Source: Octopus bimaculoides (lineage: Eukaryota). From it: a stretch of DNA of 64,000 nucleotides. A program made the position numbers and the translations under genes. Positions 23,546 to 36,619 of the stretch are shown here, one piece after another (the first letter of the stretch is position 1; every line of letters begins with the position of its first letter). The notes beneath the pieces are model-generated. The model was given only the letters and a program-made list of their open reading frames with translations, did not search any database and had not been told where the DNA came from. The stretch is taken from contig NC_068982.1 in assembly GCF_001194135.2 (NCBI RefSeq), positions 65,062,928-65,126,927 on the forward strand, in the 5' to 3' direction.

Positions 23546-24580
23546 NNNNNNNNNNNNNNNNNNNNNNNNNNNNNNNNNNNNNNNNNNNNNNNNNNNNNNN
23601 NNNNNNNNNNNNNNNNNNNNNNNNNNNNNNNNNNNNNNNNNNNNNNNNNNNNNNNNNNNNNNNNNNNNNNNNNNNNNNNNNNNNNNNNNNNNNNNNNNNN
23701 NNNNNNNNNNNNNNNNNNNNNNNNNNNNNNNNNNNNNNNNNNNNNNNNNNNNNNNNNNNNNNNNNNNNNNNNNNNNNNNNNNNNNNNNNNNNNNNNNNNN
23801 NNNNNNNNNNNNNNNNNNNNNNNNNNNNNNNNNNNNNNNNNNNNNNNNNNNNNNNNNNNNNNNNNNNNNNNNNNNNNNNNNNNNNNNNNNNNNNNNNNNN
23901 NNNNNNNNNNNNNNNNNNNNNNNNNNNNNNNNNNNNNNNNNNNNNNNNNNNNNNNNNNNNNNNNNNNNNNNNNNNNNNNNNNTTTTTCAATGTCCAACGG
24001 AAGCCAAATCGCGAAAAAGGTTGAGAAATGCTGATCTATAACGATGCTTTTTATTTAGGCACATCGTAAAAGTAATTATAATGAATTGCTTAATATAAAG
24101 AAAAGTATGTTTTTTCAAGCAAATACAGTTAGAAAAAAGATTTACCATTTCAAGTCATCACTAAAAACAAAGCTCATCAATTTTTGAATGAAATAGTAAT
24201 TGTATTCTTTTATTCTAAGTTGTAAATTTTGCCCGAGAAATAAAGCAAATAATCACCAAATGCATTGTTAAAAATCTGCAACTCGATAGCAAATATCTCC
24301 AAATTGATTAGAAATGCATAAATTTAATAATAACAATGTCTTTGAGATTCCGGTTCGAATGACAAGAGTGTTTTTGTTTCACTTTTGACACTTAATACTT
24401 AAACAGTGGAGGAGATATGATGTTGCTGTGGGCTGGAAGTATGCAAGAAGTTAAAAGTTTTTTTTACTAAAACACAACCTTAAGTAAGGCATGTGTAAAA
24501 TTTGAATGAAATTGGTTGTGGAGTTCTGGAGTTTTAGGGATTCACACAGACACACACACACACAAATATACATTCTCAAT

Positions 24581-24623
<43 letters not shown>

Positions 24624-24629
24624 CATGCA

Positions 24630-24666
<37 letters not shown>

Positions 24667-27600
24667 AATATTCAGATGTAACAACGTGTATGTCAAGTGC
24701 AGAAACTAATCGTTAGAAATTCAACATTCGGGCTAGTTTTTACACATTAATATATATTCTTGTTGCCGTGGAGTGTTTTCTTCTTCAATCGTTCCAGGTT
24801 GCTTATGTAGCTGCAAAGACTGCCATATGTGGAGAGTGAACGCCACAATGAATAGAATTATTCTGTATTTATAGGTTCTAGTCATGCCACCAGACTATTA
24901 CGTGAGCAAAAACCGTTGATTGGACAACAATTGGGTTTGTGCACACGATCTCATTGTGATTTCGATGTGGCAAAACGTGGGATCGAATTCATCCATGTTA
25001 AAATAGATGATGATGGATCTCCATTGTTGGATTATGAGGATTCAGTTGTTCGATCAATTGAATAGCTTGCTCTTGAATTAACATATAAGAGGCTGAGCAG
25101 TCCACATACGCATGTACCCATCTCGAAATCCCCAGGCAGTCCGAGCATGACAACAGAGTGTGTGACAATGCTGTATCTGTGAATTACAGGTACAATCCAC
25201 CCGACGAGCTTCTTTACACTTTCTGTCAATCCAATTTCACTTACAACGTATTGATCAACTCGCGGCCATGACATTTGCCCAAAATGCCATGCAGTTGGGA
25301 ATGAACCCGAGACAACTGGGTGGCAAAGTTACCTTTTTTTTTTAACCATTCAGCCATACTGCAATAGGTATTATGTAACTTTCAATGTCTTATAATTACA
25401 ACCAACGATAACTTATCATGACTACTACTACTCGTATTTTTAATATTTTAACCGGAGTTCAACACTGACAAAGTAAATATATGCTCTCTTTCTTCTAGCA
25501 ATGACCATGACCTGTGATGGTTTTTATAATGTGTCTACTTTTTTTAAGATGGTAAATTGTGATTTGAAAGAATTTGGCTGCTATTTCTAACAGGTCCAGT
25601 AACCAGACAGACACACCATCGTTGGTTCGTGGAGCTAGCAGAAAATATTCCAGTGCTTTCGGTGAAGGCATGAACATTACAACCGCACATTTAATTTCCT
25701 GAACGCCAACCCTAGTAACAACAGCGAGTTGTATTGGCACAAAGATGTTCTTTATGTGGTTCAAAAGTGTACAAAAAAAAAGATAGAGACAGGTGAGGAA
25801 ACAGCAAACAAGGTGTATTAGTTTGATGCTCAAGAAAAATGGAAGTTTTTGATGTTTCGAGCCTACGCTCCTCTAAAAAAAGGAATGAGAAGAGAAAACA
25901 GATGGAGAGAGGGAAATAAATCGTTATCTGGGTTAACAGTTGCAGATGTTGATCCAGGTAAGCTCTGACTGAAAAAGTCACGTGATCAAAGGCGTTTTTT
26001 GTAATGAACATCCTACATTTCTGTCGAACCTTGCATATTAAGATAATATTTTGTACTGCGTCCATTGCTTTTCAAGACGGTAGGGTGAAATTTCAGGGAG
26101 TATGGCAGCTACTTCTGGCAGGCTGGGCAACCAGGTTGAGGCTCCCTCGTTGGTTTGCTTTACGTGGTGGTTTTTAATCTAGATGGTTGTCCCTTCATGG
26201 GGGCGTCTTGAATTGACAAGAGGTACTTAGAGGTGCTAGGTGTTCAGCAGTTTCGTTATTTTTGGGTGCTCAGAAAAAGTTTCAGAGAAAATTCACATTT
26301 TATGAACAATTAAATAAATCAAAAAAATATCTTAAATCAGTTTCTAACTGATAGTAGATGACTTGTACACAGTTTATATATGATGGCATTACACATGTAG
26401 GAAAAAACCTTTTATTCTATTTCTTAAGCAAAGACAATGAAACAAAAGATTTAAGTCAGATATTTATTGATAAATCGAAAATGCCTTCTATGATATTTTT
26501 CTTGTGATTCTTTTTTTCTGTAACTTTTTTTTCTTGGATTCAATTTTTCTTAGAAATAAAATGTTTTAAACTAGGCATGGCCAACTCGAATTACATTGTG
26601 TGCCACTTTAATTACAGGAAGTTTGAGGGGCCGCTTGTATACTGACAGCATTTTGCTTTCTCATGCTATTATTACAATAATGAATGAATGATCGTTGATT
26701 CAACACGAAATATTATCGTTGCAAAAAAGGGTAGTATCTTTCTTTTTTTACTTTTCATTACAATCTTTAATTTTTGATAAAAAATTTTAAAATGTTTATT
26801 TAAATAAACTCATTTCAAGAAAGTATCAAGCGGGCTGCAAGATAAAGTTAGCAGAAACATGAGTGAGGGGGCGCCAATGTACAATATTCTATTCTAAAAG
26901 TCCTCGCCTACTTTTAGTAATTTTCATACAAATTTAATAGAAGGAGGCTCTTGTCCATGCAAATAGCAAAAGAAGTACATGTCGGGTGGGATATGATAAG
27001 AAAATATGAGTAATATTTTCGGCACTGTCATGGTCACTTCTGACAGCTAATATCATGACAGTGCCATATTTTCTAATACTAGCCCATCAAACGCAAAGTT
27101 AGTTGTCGGATCAAAATAATCTGTTTTTCTCTTGCATTTTTGCTTTTTCAAAACATGAGGAAGGGATATTTGTGAAAGACGTTTGGTGAAATGGATTTGT
27201 CGCGCTGGTTAGAAGGATCTCAATTAATTGGTAAGAGGTTTGGCTGCGTGCTGTCCCATAATAAAACCAACTACGAACGTTGCTTAAATGACATTTATCT
27301 TTACAGAAGTAAATCACATTATTACATAATCATATCGTGGCTTGCCAGTAGTGCATTGTGTGTGCAAGGAGCAAATGTAGTTCATAATTACACTAATAAC
27401 TGAAAAGCTTAGCTTCGCGTGAGAGGCGAAAATAATACTGTCTATCATTGTTGAATATTTCTTTAACTTTAGGTTAAGCTACAACCAAGGAAACTTGCTT
27501 ATTTAAAAAGCTTGTTCATTGAGCACCGAAAGTGCGCCTCTGGCTTGCTTTTGACTAACAATTGGCTGGCTATTTATTTGTGTAGTGAGAGGTGAGGATA

Positions 27601-28340
27601 TAGCGTTCATGGTACGTGATTTGGAGAAGTGCACCGAAGATGAAGTAATTCTTTTAAACACAGGTTGAACAGAGATCAAGAATCCTGTGTTCGTCTATAT
27701 TCTCTGAAATTTTCTCTAACCTCTGCCGTGCGTGCTGCACGCATCGGGTCCTTTGCCATTTCTGGCAATGCTTGCCCGCCTTGTTGCTTATATAACCCTT
27801 TTTTGTGCGGGAACTACTGGAACATAATTGAACACTCTACAATATCGGGTGATATTTCTGCAAGTTGATTGGTTAATATTCAGGGTACGGCGCTTAATCA
27901 AAGTGTAGTCTGATCCTAGTTGCTAAAGATGTAAAGTTTCTATCCTAGGCTTCGCCACAGACCTTTAGCTTCAAACAGTTGAGGACTGCTGACTTAATGG
28001 ATAAGGCGATCTGACAACGAATTAGAAAACTGGAGCAAAATTATACACAAATGTTTGAAGATAAAACAAAGTACAGTATTTGCCTAGGACATATTTCACT
28101 CTTATTTTTTCACTGTAGGATGAAAAGAAAATCTGCTGAGATGGAATTGATCTCTGAATGCAAAAGAAGATAATTAGATCCTGTATCTCCGTCTCCTTAT
28201 TTCCCAGTATTGCACTCAACGAGATCTCTACGCGTTCGTTTGATCTGTTAGAAAAAGCGTCCATATTTCCCTCTAATAACATTTCACCATGTTAAAAGGT
28301 TATGATACTTTAGATTATGTTAATATAGTCTCCATATAAA

Positions 28341-28545
28341 GTGGCGAGCAAGCAGAATCGTTAAGCACGCCGGGCGAAATGCTTAACGGCATTTCGTCTG
28401 TCTTTACGTTCAAATTCCGCCGAGGTCGATTTTTCTTTTCATCTTTTCGGGGTCGATAAAATAAGTACCAATTGATCACTGAGGATCATTGTAATCGACT
28501 TACCCCCTCCCGCAAAATTGCTGGCCTTGTATCAAAATATTAAAT
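28341..28545 (+). mobile_element. SINE family A
   Basis: High similarity to the other family A copies; CpGs retained. Confidence 0.8.
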
Positions 28546-29577
28546 CAATATAGTTTCCCTATATATGAAAATAAGATGGAATAGTCATGGTTAGCTTGAT
28601 CAGAGCCGATCTGGTACTAAACAATAAGAACAACAATTGCTCATAATACATAATGATCTCTTTATTAATAGGGATTTCTTACATGAGCATTAGGCCACAA
28701 AACTGAGGGGAAGAGTTAAGTTAAATCGATTCCAATATATTATCGACGATGAGGCTGTTGTTTAGCTACAGAGCATTCTTTGAATGAGAGGACTTATGAT
28801 TCCACCTCGTCGTTTATATTTAGGTTACATTATGCAATGTGTCTTCTTTTTTCTTCGGGGTAAATTTTGAGAGGGATTTGATTGCTAATTCTTGCAGGTC
28901 GAACGAGGTTTTCTTATTAGTTCGATAAATAATAGATTTCTAGCATGGGCTCAAAGCCATAAATTTTTTGGAGAGGGTACACGATTAACTCAATTACTGG
29001 TATTTGTTTTATCGAACATTTGAGGAATGAAAGGCAAAGTCAACCCCAAGAGTATTTGAACTTATGATGTAAAAGGAGGCAATTAATTACTGTAGAACAT
29101 GATGTTACTCATTACCCTATTCCAAAAATATTTATTGGTGTTCATTTTAACAACTCCAGACGGATGAAAGCAATGTTTGACTCCATCGGGACGGAACACT
29201 GCAAATAATTTAGTTCAATGTTTCATCATTATTGTAATTTCATATTCATGAAGGCGCAAAACCATGCCACAAATTTTGAAAGAGTGGGCTTGTTGTAGCT
29301 GATTTGATCGATCCAGCAAGAGCCGGTACTTATTTCAGAAACCCCAGAAAGATGAGACAAACACGATTCCAGTGGGATTCGAACATGCATTGGAATGTAA
29401 AGAAACGTAACTAAATACCTGAAGTCAATTTGTCAGCCGCACGACTGATTCCGTTGTCTACCGAACTTTCTTTGTTTAGAGTGATTTCTAACTTAGGCAT
29501 AAGGCCACACTTTGTGAGAAAATACAGTCAATTAATTCGAAACCGGCATTTAATCGATATTATATCTTATCGACTAG

Positions 29578-29790
29578 GGCGGCGAGCTGGCAGAAACGTT
29601 AGCACGCCGGGCGAAATGCTTAGCGGTTGTTTCCTCTGTCTTTGTGTTCTGAGTTCAAATTCCGCCGAGGTTGACTTTACCTTTCATCCTTTCGGGTTCG
29701 ATAAATTAAGTACCAGTTGTGTACTGGGGTAGCTCTAAATGAGAAGTCCACTCTCCAAAATTTTGGGCCTTGTACCTAGAGTAGAAAAGA
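29578..29790 (+). mobile_element. SINE family A, near-consensus
   Basis: ggcggcgagctggcagaaacgttagcacgccgggcgaaatgcttagcgg...gagttcaaattccgccgagg. Confidence 0.85.
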
Positions 29791-32334
29791 TTATATCTTA
29801 TCGACTCCCAGAATGATAAAAGAAAAAGTCAATCTGGGCAGAATTTGAACTCAGTGCCCTTAGTTACTAGAAAATAAAATACTTGTCTCTAATTTAGGCA
29901 CAAGACTAGCTATTTTGATAGGAGGAAGTTAGTCGATAGCAACGACTTCAGTAGTTTACTGGTATTTTATAGACCCTGAAGGGATGGAAGGCTTGATAGG
30001 ATTTGAACTCAGAACATTGAGACGCAAGAAATACTGCAAAGTATTTTCCGCCAGCGCTTTAATGATTCTGCCAACCCGCTACATTGACAGAAAATAAAAT
30101 AATTCTCACAAGACGAAGTTTCCGATAAGTCTTTAGTGGGAGGAGACAGCAGGGCCGGCCCTAAGCGTGATGATGGCCGCAGCAAACTGAATTTCGGATT
30201 ATGTAGAGATAAAGTGTTTATTACAATTTATTGAATATAAGAATAATTTGTGTATCTTATTCATTTACATTTTCTTCTTTATTTTGAAGATCTCAGACAC
30301 ATGATGTGGTGACCCAAAGCGCATGACACACCCGGTTACTGCCCGAGTTGCCGTTACCATCAGCTGCTCCTAGAAGACAAGGAATTGTGATGTTTGTCGT
30401 AACAACAACTTGGGTAGTCACCCAGGATGTCATGTGCTTAAGAGCACGGTACTCTGAGCACCTTATCATGTGTTAGAGATCTTAGAAAAAAAAAAAAAAA
30501 TTTCTAAAATGGACACTTTATTCGTATATTTAATAATTATAATAAACACTTTATCCGTACTTTATTCTGAAATCTAGCTTGTTCTTCCACTAAAAACTTG
30601 AGACTCCGTTTATTATGATTACTATTTTATATTCTGTTAGATTGGTTGGTTGGCAGAAATGTTAGACCGATGGACAAAATGCTTTGCAGTATTTCTTGTG
30701 GTGTTTGCTTACGAGGACTATGAAGGCGATAAATGAAATAGTGTTTGCTGAAATTCGGAACTAAGATGCAGTCAATGTCCACTGATCTCTTATCATCGAA
30801 TCGACATAAAGTTAATTGCTATCGTAATTGTTTAGCTCCAGGTCAGCCCTAATCAAGCCGACCCATGACTTAAGGCATTCCACTCATCACTACGTCCTGC
30901 TAAGCTTAAAAACTACATCAAAACAGTAGGATGTGCTATGATTTCGCTGCTATATCTAGCAGATCGAACGACTGCGCTGAGGCTCCGTTGGAAGCCTAAC
31001 GAAATTGTAATTTTGAATCGAAACCGAATCGAGTTATACTGCCTCATTAATTGTTTAGCTCCAGATCAACTCTGATCGAGATCTGAGCAAAGACATTCCA
31101 GCTATGAGACTCTCACCCCTTTTAAGGGTTAGCTGGGATTAGATTGTCAAATATGTCGTTTTTTTTAAGACGCTAGAGGGTGATGCAAGGGGGGATTTGG
31201 CTACTATTTCCAGCAGATCGAACAGAGCCCCCCCCCTCATTAGCCTGTACCTCACTAGAAATTCCTTGTAATACAAGAACATGGATTACTGAGGGAAAGA
31301 AGTCACGACGTTCATACTAATCCAAATGATATTTTCAAAGTAATTTCATATTGCACAGAAAAAAATAATTTAGAGCGAGAATCGAAATCAGATCGCAGTC
31401 TCGTCAGCCTGGAGAAGCAGGCGGGATTAGTTCTGATCACTAATCTACAACCATGCTCGCTATTACAGTCGCATCATAATAATAAATAATATAGCGCATA
31501 CTATTATCAATAGTAGGGGATATATGTGCAGTAGTTAACTACTACTACTACTACTACTACTACTACAACAACAATAGCGTGCAAGTAGTATTAGTAGTAG
31601 TAAGAACAATAGCAGATAATAGTATCAGCAGCAACAACAACACATCCCTCTCTTTAAGCTTGTATTTAGTGATTTAAATAGTTTAAGGCTCTGTTGATAA
31701 TTTCCCTACTTCTTTATTGGATTCGATCTGTTTTCTCTATCTTTGAAACAAACACGCATGCACGCGCACGTATATTCTTTGTCCCCTTCTGTTTACAATG
31801 AGTGAGAACTAGCAAGTTTCTCCCAAAAGAGCCAGTTTCGATCCCTGCTGCAATGGTTATCACTTTATAATAGATAAACTCAGCCCTTTCACTTTTCAAG
31901 GTTTCCTCGTACAAAAACAGCTTTCTTTCAATGGCCACGTTCCCCATTCAAAGTTGCATTCACGTCCGCCTCTATTTTTAATACTAGTTTCCTCGTCGCT
32001 AGATGTATTTTTCAGAATTCATTCAAGGCTAAGTCTTGCTTAGAGATATATCAAGAGATATCAATGCAATGTTACAAAGAATTAAAATCTGAAGGGCTTT
32101 AAACACTCACGAGAGAGAGAGAGAAAGAGAGAGAGAGAGGCAGGAAGAAAGAATAGGAGTGATGAGGAAAAGAGAAAAGAGGAGGGATTATGAGAAAACT
32201 TAGCGGGGAAAAAGGGAAGAGTTTAGCTGCTGTTGCTGCCGCCGTAGCTGTTGCTGCTACAGATGTAGTGAAGCAGTGAAGGAGTCCTTTAATTGTTGGG
32301 TGTAGGTTCTAAACTGTATGTGTGTAAGTACGAG

Positions 32335-32545
32335 TTGTTTAACCTCTGGTCAGTTCCGATCAAGTAGACCTATGGTCGATCAAAAAGCATTCCAGCCGTG
32401 ACCATCCCGTTCTTCTGTTTTACAGATACAGTGTATCTCAGATCACATCCAATGTGTCCTTTTTTAAAGACGGTAGGGCGTGATTCGAGAGATTTGGTTG
32501 CTGTTTCTAGCAGGTCGAGTGACCACGTAGATGCTTCTTTGTTGG
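32335..32545 (+). repeat. Unclassified ~250-bp dispersed repeat (family D), representative copy
   Basis: Motifs tttaacc..aggtcag..ctgatc.agcagac.tatgatcaaa.gcattccagc..tgaccatc and gagatttgg.tgctatttctagcaggtcgag recur at about 1600-1850(-), 2860-3065, 4990-5115, 14640-14880(-), 25490-25610, 25935-26150, 30820-30990, 31040-31225, 53770-53975, 54245-54430 and 59215-59420. Confidence 0.8.
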
Positions 32546-32931
32546 CTATTAGTAAGAGTGGTGTGCTAAGGAGGCGGAGTGAGGTGAAGAAGGAATGATT
32601 GCCACTATTAGGAAGTGAAAAAAGAAAGAAAGAAAAAAATAGGGAGAGAAAGAAAGCGCGAGCGAGGAAGAGAGGGAGTGAGAGAAAGGCCTTCCCGTCA
32701 ATGCCTAGCAGTTATACATCCTAACACTCACATGCATCATCTGAATGCTGTATGTCGGTAATTGTAATATCTCGACACATGTAATCAGAGATAGATAGAT
32801 TGTGAGTTATTAGTGTAAAGAGAGTGAGAAAAATAGAAAGCGTGTCGGTGTGTGTGTGTATGGAAAAAAAGAGGGGATGCTCTAAAAGAAAGCAAGTAAG
32901 TCTGTGAGCGAGAAGGAAGACAAAGTAAGAA

Positions 32932-32970
<39 letters not shown>

Positions 32971-33673
32971 AAATGTGTTGGTATTCCTTGTTACGGCCGA
33001 CTCCTATCACTTGTCCTTGCTAAAGAAGCGAAAAGCTAGATTGAATTAGGGAGAAAGAATGATAAGTCTGCTAGCAGATTAGTACGGACACATGGAGAAG
33101 GCGAAAGAACAATGACCATGCGGACCAGACTTCCGGATACCCCAATTTACCAACAGTTGTTGCAGCACATTATGGCTTAGCTGAGAACTTGCTCGCTTCG
33201 AGTTCGTAACTCAGGTAGGGGAAGCATTGTTTTCTAATCCTCACACATTCTTTTATGTACCATGCTTACACAACGAGTCCTTCTTTGTATGCTTTACAAC
33301 TTTTTCTTCTATTTTAACACCGGCTCTATATCATAGTGTTTACCCGCAAATTATTGGGTGATAGAAATATTAAAAATCTCTCATACAACGNNNNNNNNNN
33401 NNNNNNNNNNNNNNNNNNNNNNNNNNNNNNNNNNNNNNNNNNNNNNNNNNNNNNNNNNNNNNNNNNNNNNNNNNNNNNNNNNNNNNNNNNNNNNNNNNNN
33501 NNNNNNNNNNNNNNNNNNNNNNNNNNNNNNNNNNNNNNNNNNNNNNNNNNNNNNNNNNNNNNNNNNNNNNNNNNNNNNNNNNNNNNNNNNNNNNNNNNNN
33601 NNNNNNNNNNNNNNNNNATATATACACACACAATTCTTTGCTATTAAGAATTCATCATTTGTGTGCATATAAG

Positions 33674-33870
33674 TCGGCAAGCTAGCAGAATGCCTTGCGG
33701 TGTTTGTTCTGGCTCTTTACGCTCTGAGTTCAAATCCCGCCGAGGTCAACCTTGCCCTTCATCTCTTCAGAGTGGATATTAATAAAGTACGAGTCAAGTA
33801 CTACGGTTGATGGTAGCTTCTAATCCCGTCCCCTCAAAATTGCCGACCTTGTGCCTAGATCAGAAACCAT
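33674..33870 (+). mobile_element. SINE family A, diverged
   Basis: gagttcaaatcccgccgaggtcaacc...aaagtac...ccctcaaaattgccgaccttgtgcctag. Confidence 0.7.
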
Positions 33871-34329
33871 TATTTGTATGTGTTTGCATGGACGTTTACA
33901 TTGACAATGTATTTATTATATACTTGCTCAGTGAGTTTTAGAAACCTCCTTTAAAGGCTCACAAAATATATACATATGCACAGAAGTGAGCGCATATGCA
34001 CAAAGCATGCAGAATATTACTTTTATATGTTTACTATGATATATATTTTTTTTTACTATAGAGGCACAAACTTAAGATTCGCTTTTATTAATTTGTTCGA
34101 CATGTAGCGAGTTACTTCTCTGATTAAATAACCTGACACACAAACAAGCTAAGAACAAAAATTCCCGAGAGAGAACACAATCGCACTTAATCAATTTGCA
34201 AGCCTCTTTTTTTCCCCACTTTCTTTTTTATTTAGCGAGAACATATCAACAAGAAGGTATATCTATCGTAGTTTCTGAAGTTTCTTTCTTCTTTCATTCT
34301 CAATCACCAAAACTGCAATGCCGCTGATG

Positions 34330-34379
<50 letters not shown>

Positions 34380-34494
34380 ATATAATATAATATAATATAA
34401 TATAATATATGTAAATGATTTTGAGGACATCTAGGATTGGACAAAGTAAAAAAAGGACAGTATCGGTTTGGGAAAAGGAAATAAGCTGTATTAT

Positions 34495-34531
<37 letters not shown>

Positions 34532-35256
34532 TATGTATATATGTGTACGGCTTATAGATTTATGTGTGTGTGGTTTTGTTGTTTAACCTCAAGTCAGCCA
34601 TCAAAGGTATTTTAACCGTATCCACCCCTTGTTTTTAGGGGTATGTAGAATTACATTAGCCATGTGTCTTCGCCTTATTTAAGATAAATAGGGCATAGAG
34701 TAATAAAGATTTGGGCTGCTATTTCTAGCGAATGGAACAACCACTTTGAGACTCTTACTCTCATTTATCTTTTGTGAGGGCAGATGTAATTTTATTAAGT
34801 CATATTTATTTATGTAATTTATTTTACAAACTATTTGCTGTCCCCTTTCCGATATTATTCTAGTGTGTCCGTGTGCGTGTGTATAAGTTGTTGCTAGCAA
34901 TCCTTTTTGTAGCAACAGCCAGATTGACAACAATAGGACACTATCGTGTAGGTTCCCTCGCCTCTTGTAGTCTGTTGCGACAAAACAAGAGACAGACCTG
35001 AGCTTGCTGCCATCCAGTGATTCCAACAGCTGCATAGCTTTACACTTAGTATCATTCGCATTCTTCACATGCCTTTTATTCAGACCCCTATCTGTCTATC
35101 TATTATAAATGGATGGAGAAATGAAGATATGTCGACAGTTTTTTTTTTGTTGTTTTCATCTAATTTCTGAAGGATGAGTGTGTGTACGTGTACCTATATA
35201 GTGTAAGTGCATATATTCTTGTGTCATAAATTAGTCACCCGCATACAAATCAGACT

Positions 35257-35300
<44 letters not shown>

Positions 35301-35332
35301 NNNNNNNNNNNNNNNNNNNNNNNNNNNNNNNN

Positions 35333-35365
<33 letters not shown>

Positions 35366-36619
35366 TGGTGTGAATTGTTTACGCATGAGGGTGGTTTCTT
35401 TTTTTTTGTATTTGTCTCGCCTAAAGGAAAAGCTGATGTGCCCTGTGAGGCCTGTTATTGACGCCGACAATGTTCCGCTTGAACTGTTTGCGACTTGTTA
35501 GTTTAAGTGTATTTAAAGTACTTTTGTATTCATACGAGTGAATACAGATACAAACATAGGTAACACACTATAGCCGGTGTGAGATCGTCTATGTGGTCGT
35601 AGAAATAGAAGCCAAATCTCTCTCATCTCACCCTAGTATTTTATAAAAAAGAAAACAAAAAAACAAACATTAGACAATGTAGGCCTTCCACCAGTGTGTG
35701 TATATATTATTATTATTAATAGTATTTAGCAGAAGCAACAGAGTGAATCAAGGGCCAAGAGTTTCGTGCATTGGCACTTATCAAACTACACACACATATA
35801 TATATGAAATAGACAGAAATAATGGGTTATATACATTTATTTAGCTATTATAGGCCTACTGCATTTTCAGATAAGCATTTGGGTGCGTTCATGGTTCAAT
35901 TTTTGATCGATTGATTGATCGACCGAAAATATAAGGAGCGATCCTCACAATATCTTCGTCAGAGCCAAAACAAATCCACTGCCAAAGAAATATATATATC
36001 TATATATATTAGTCAACGTAGGAATGCTTTTGTCACATAATTGTTTGAACTGGGCTGAAACTGGCCTAAACATGAACTGCAATAGCCTTTGCCATTGAAG
36101 TAAAATTGAAGCTGGTGTGCTTGCTTGTGCTTTTAGCAAATTCATCGCCAGTTCGTATGTGCAAAATCCCTAACGAGCACTGAATGAACCAGCTGTGATG
36201 TTAGACCGATGTGAAGAGTCGGTAGTAGCGGGAGATGGAGCGAAGATATTATTCAGGGTACAAAAATTTCAGTAATTTCAAATGTAATGTAGAGTATATT
36301 CTATTTTTTTCAAAAATAACATACAGTTTTAGCCTCACTACGAAAAGTAAACAAAGAATTTACACTGCAGGTTTTATTTTTCTGATGACAGAAAAGTGGG
36401 ATCAGTATTCCGTCTTTTGTCTTTTAGTACCTTTATCACGTAGAGTAGTACACTTTATATATATATATATATATATCACTGTGTACGCAAACTAAGCTGA
36501 ACTGGTCAGTCGTGTTTGTGCTCATGACTTGGCCCTGACCTTCACCAGAGAATAAACAGTAGTAGAAGCGTCTTTATATCCACCTCCCCGGTAGCTGAAT
36601 CTGATGACTCGTTGCTATC

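Noticed and set aside
21313-24034. ORFs of 155-285 aa spanning X runs (also at 10474-11039, 33326-33680 and 58287-58788)
   Set aside because: Artefacts of N gaps.
24798-25270. Several plus-strand exon-like segments (VAYVAAKTAICG; VLVMPPDYY; YNPPDELLYTFCQSNFTYN)
   Set aside because: I could not assemble a consistent phase-compatible chain or recognise a family; the signals are within chance expectation.
28022-28282. 86-aa minus-strand ORF (MLLEGNMDAFSNRS...)
   Set aside because: No recognisable motif, an F/I/Y-rich tail typical of AT-rich noise, and ambiguous splice signals on both strands.
29391-29404. tggaatgtaaagaa, identical to the first 14 nt of miR-1
   Set aside because: The match stops at nt 14, there is no hairpin partner, and it lies inside a decayed reverse family A SINE (the aacgtaaaga...aaatac segment).
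30308-30439. Two short complementary pairs in pseudoknot order
   Set aside because: Imperfect 10-12 bp matches within 150 bp are expected several times by chance in 64 kb.
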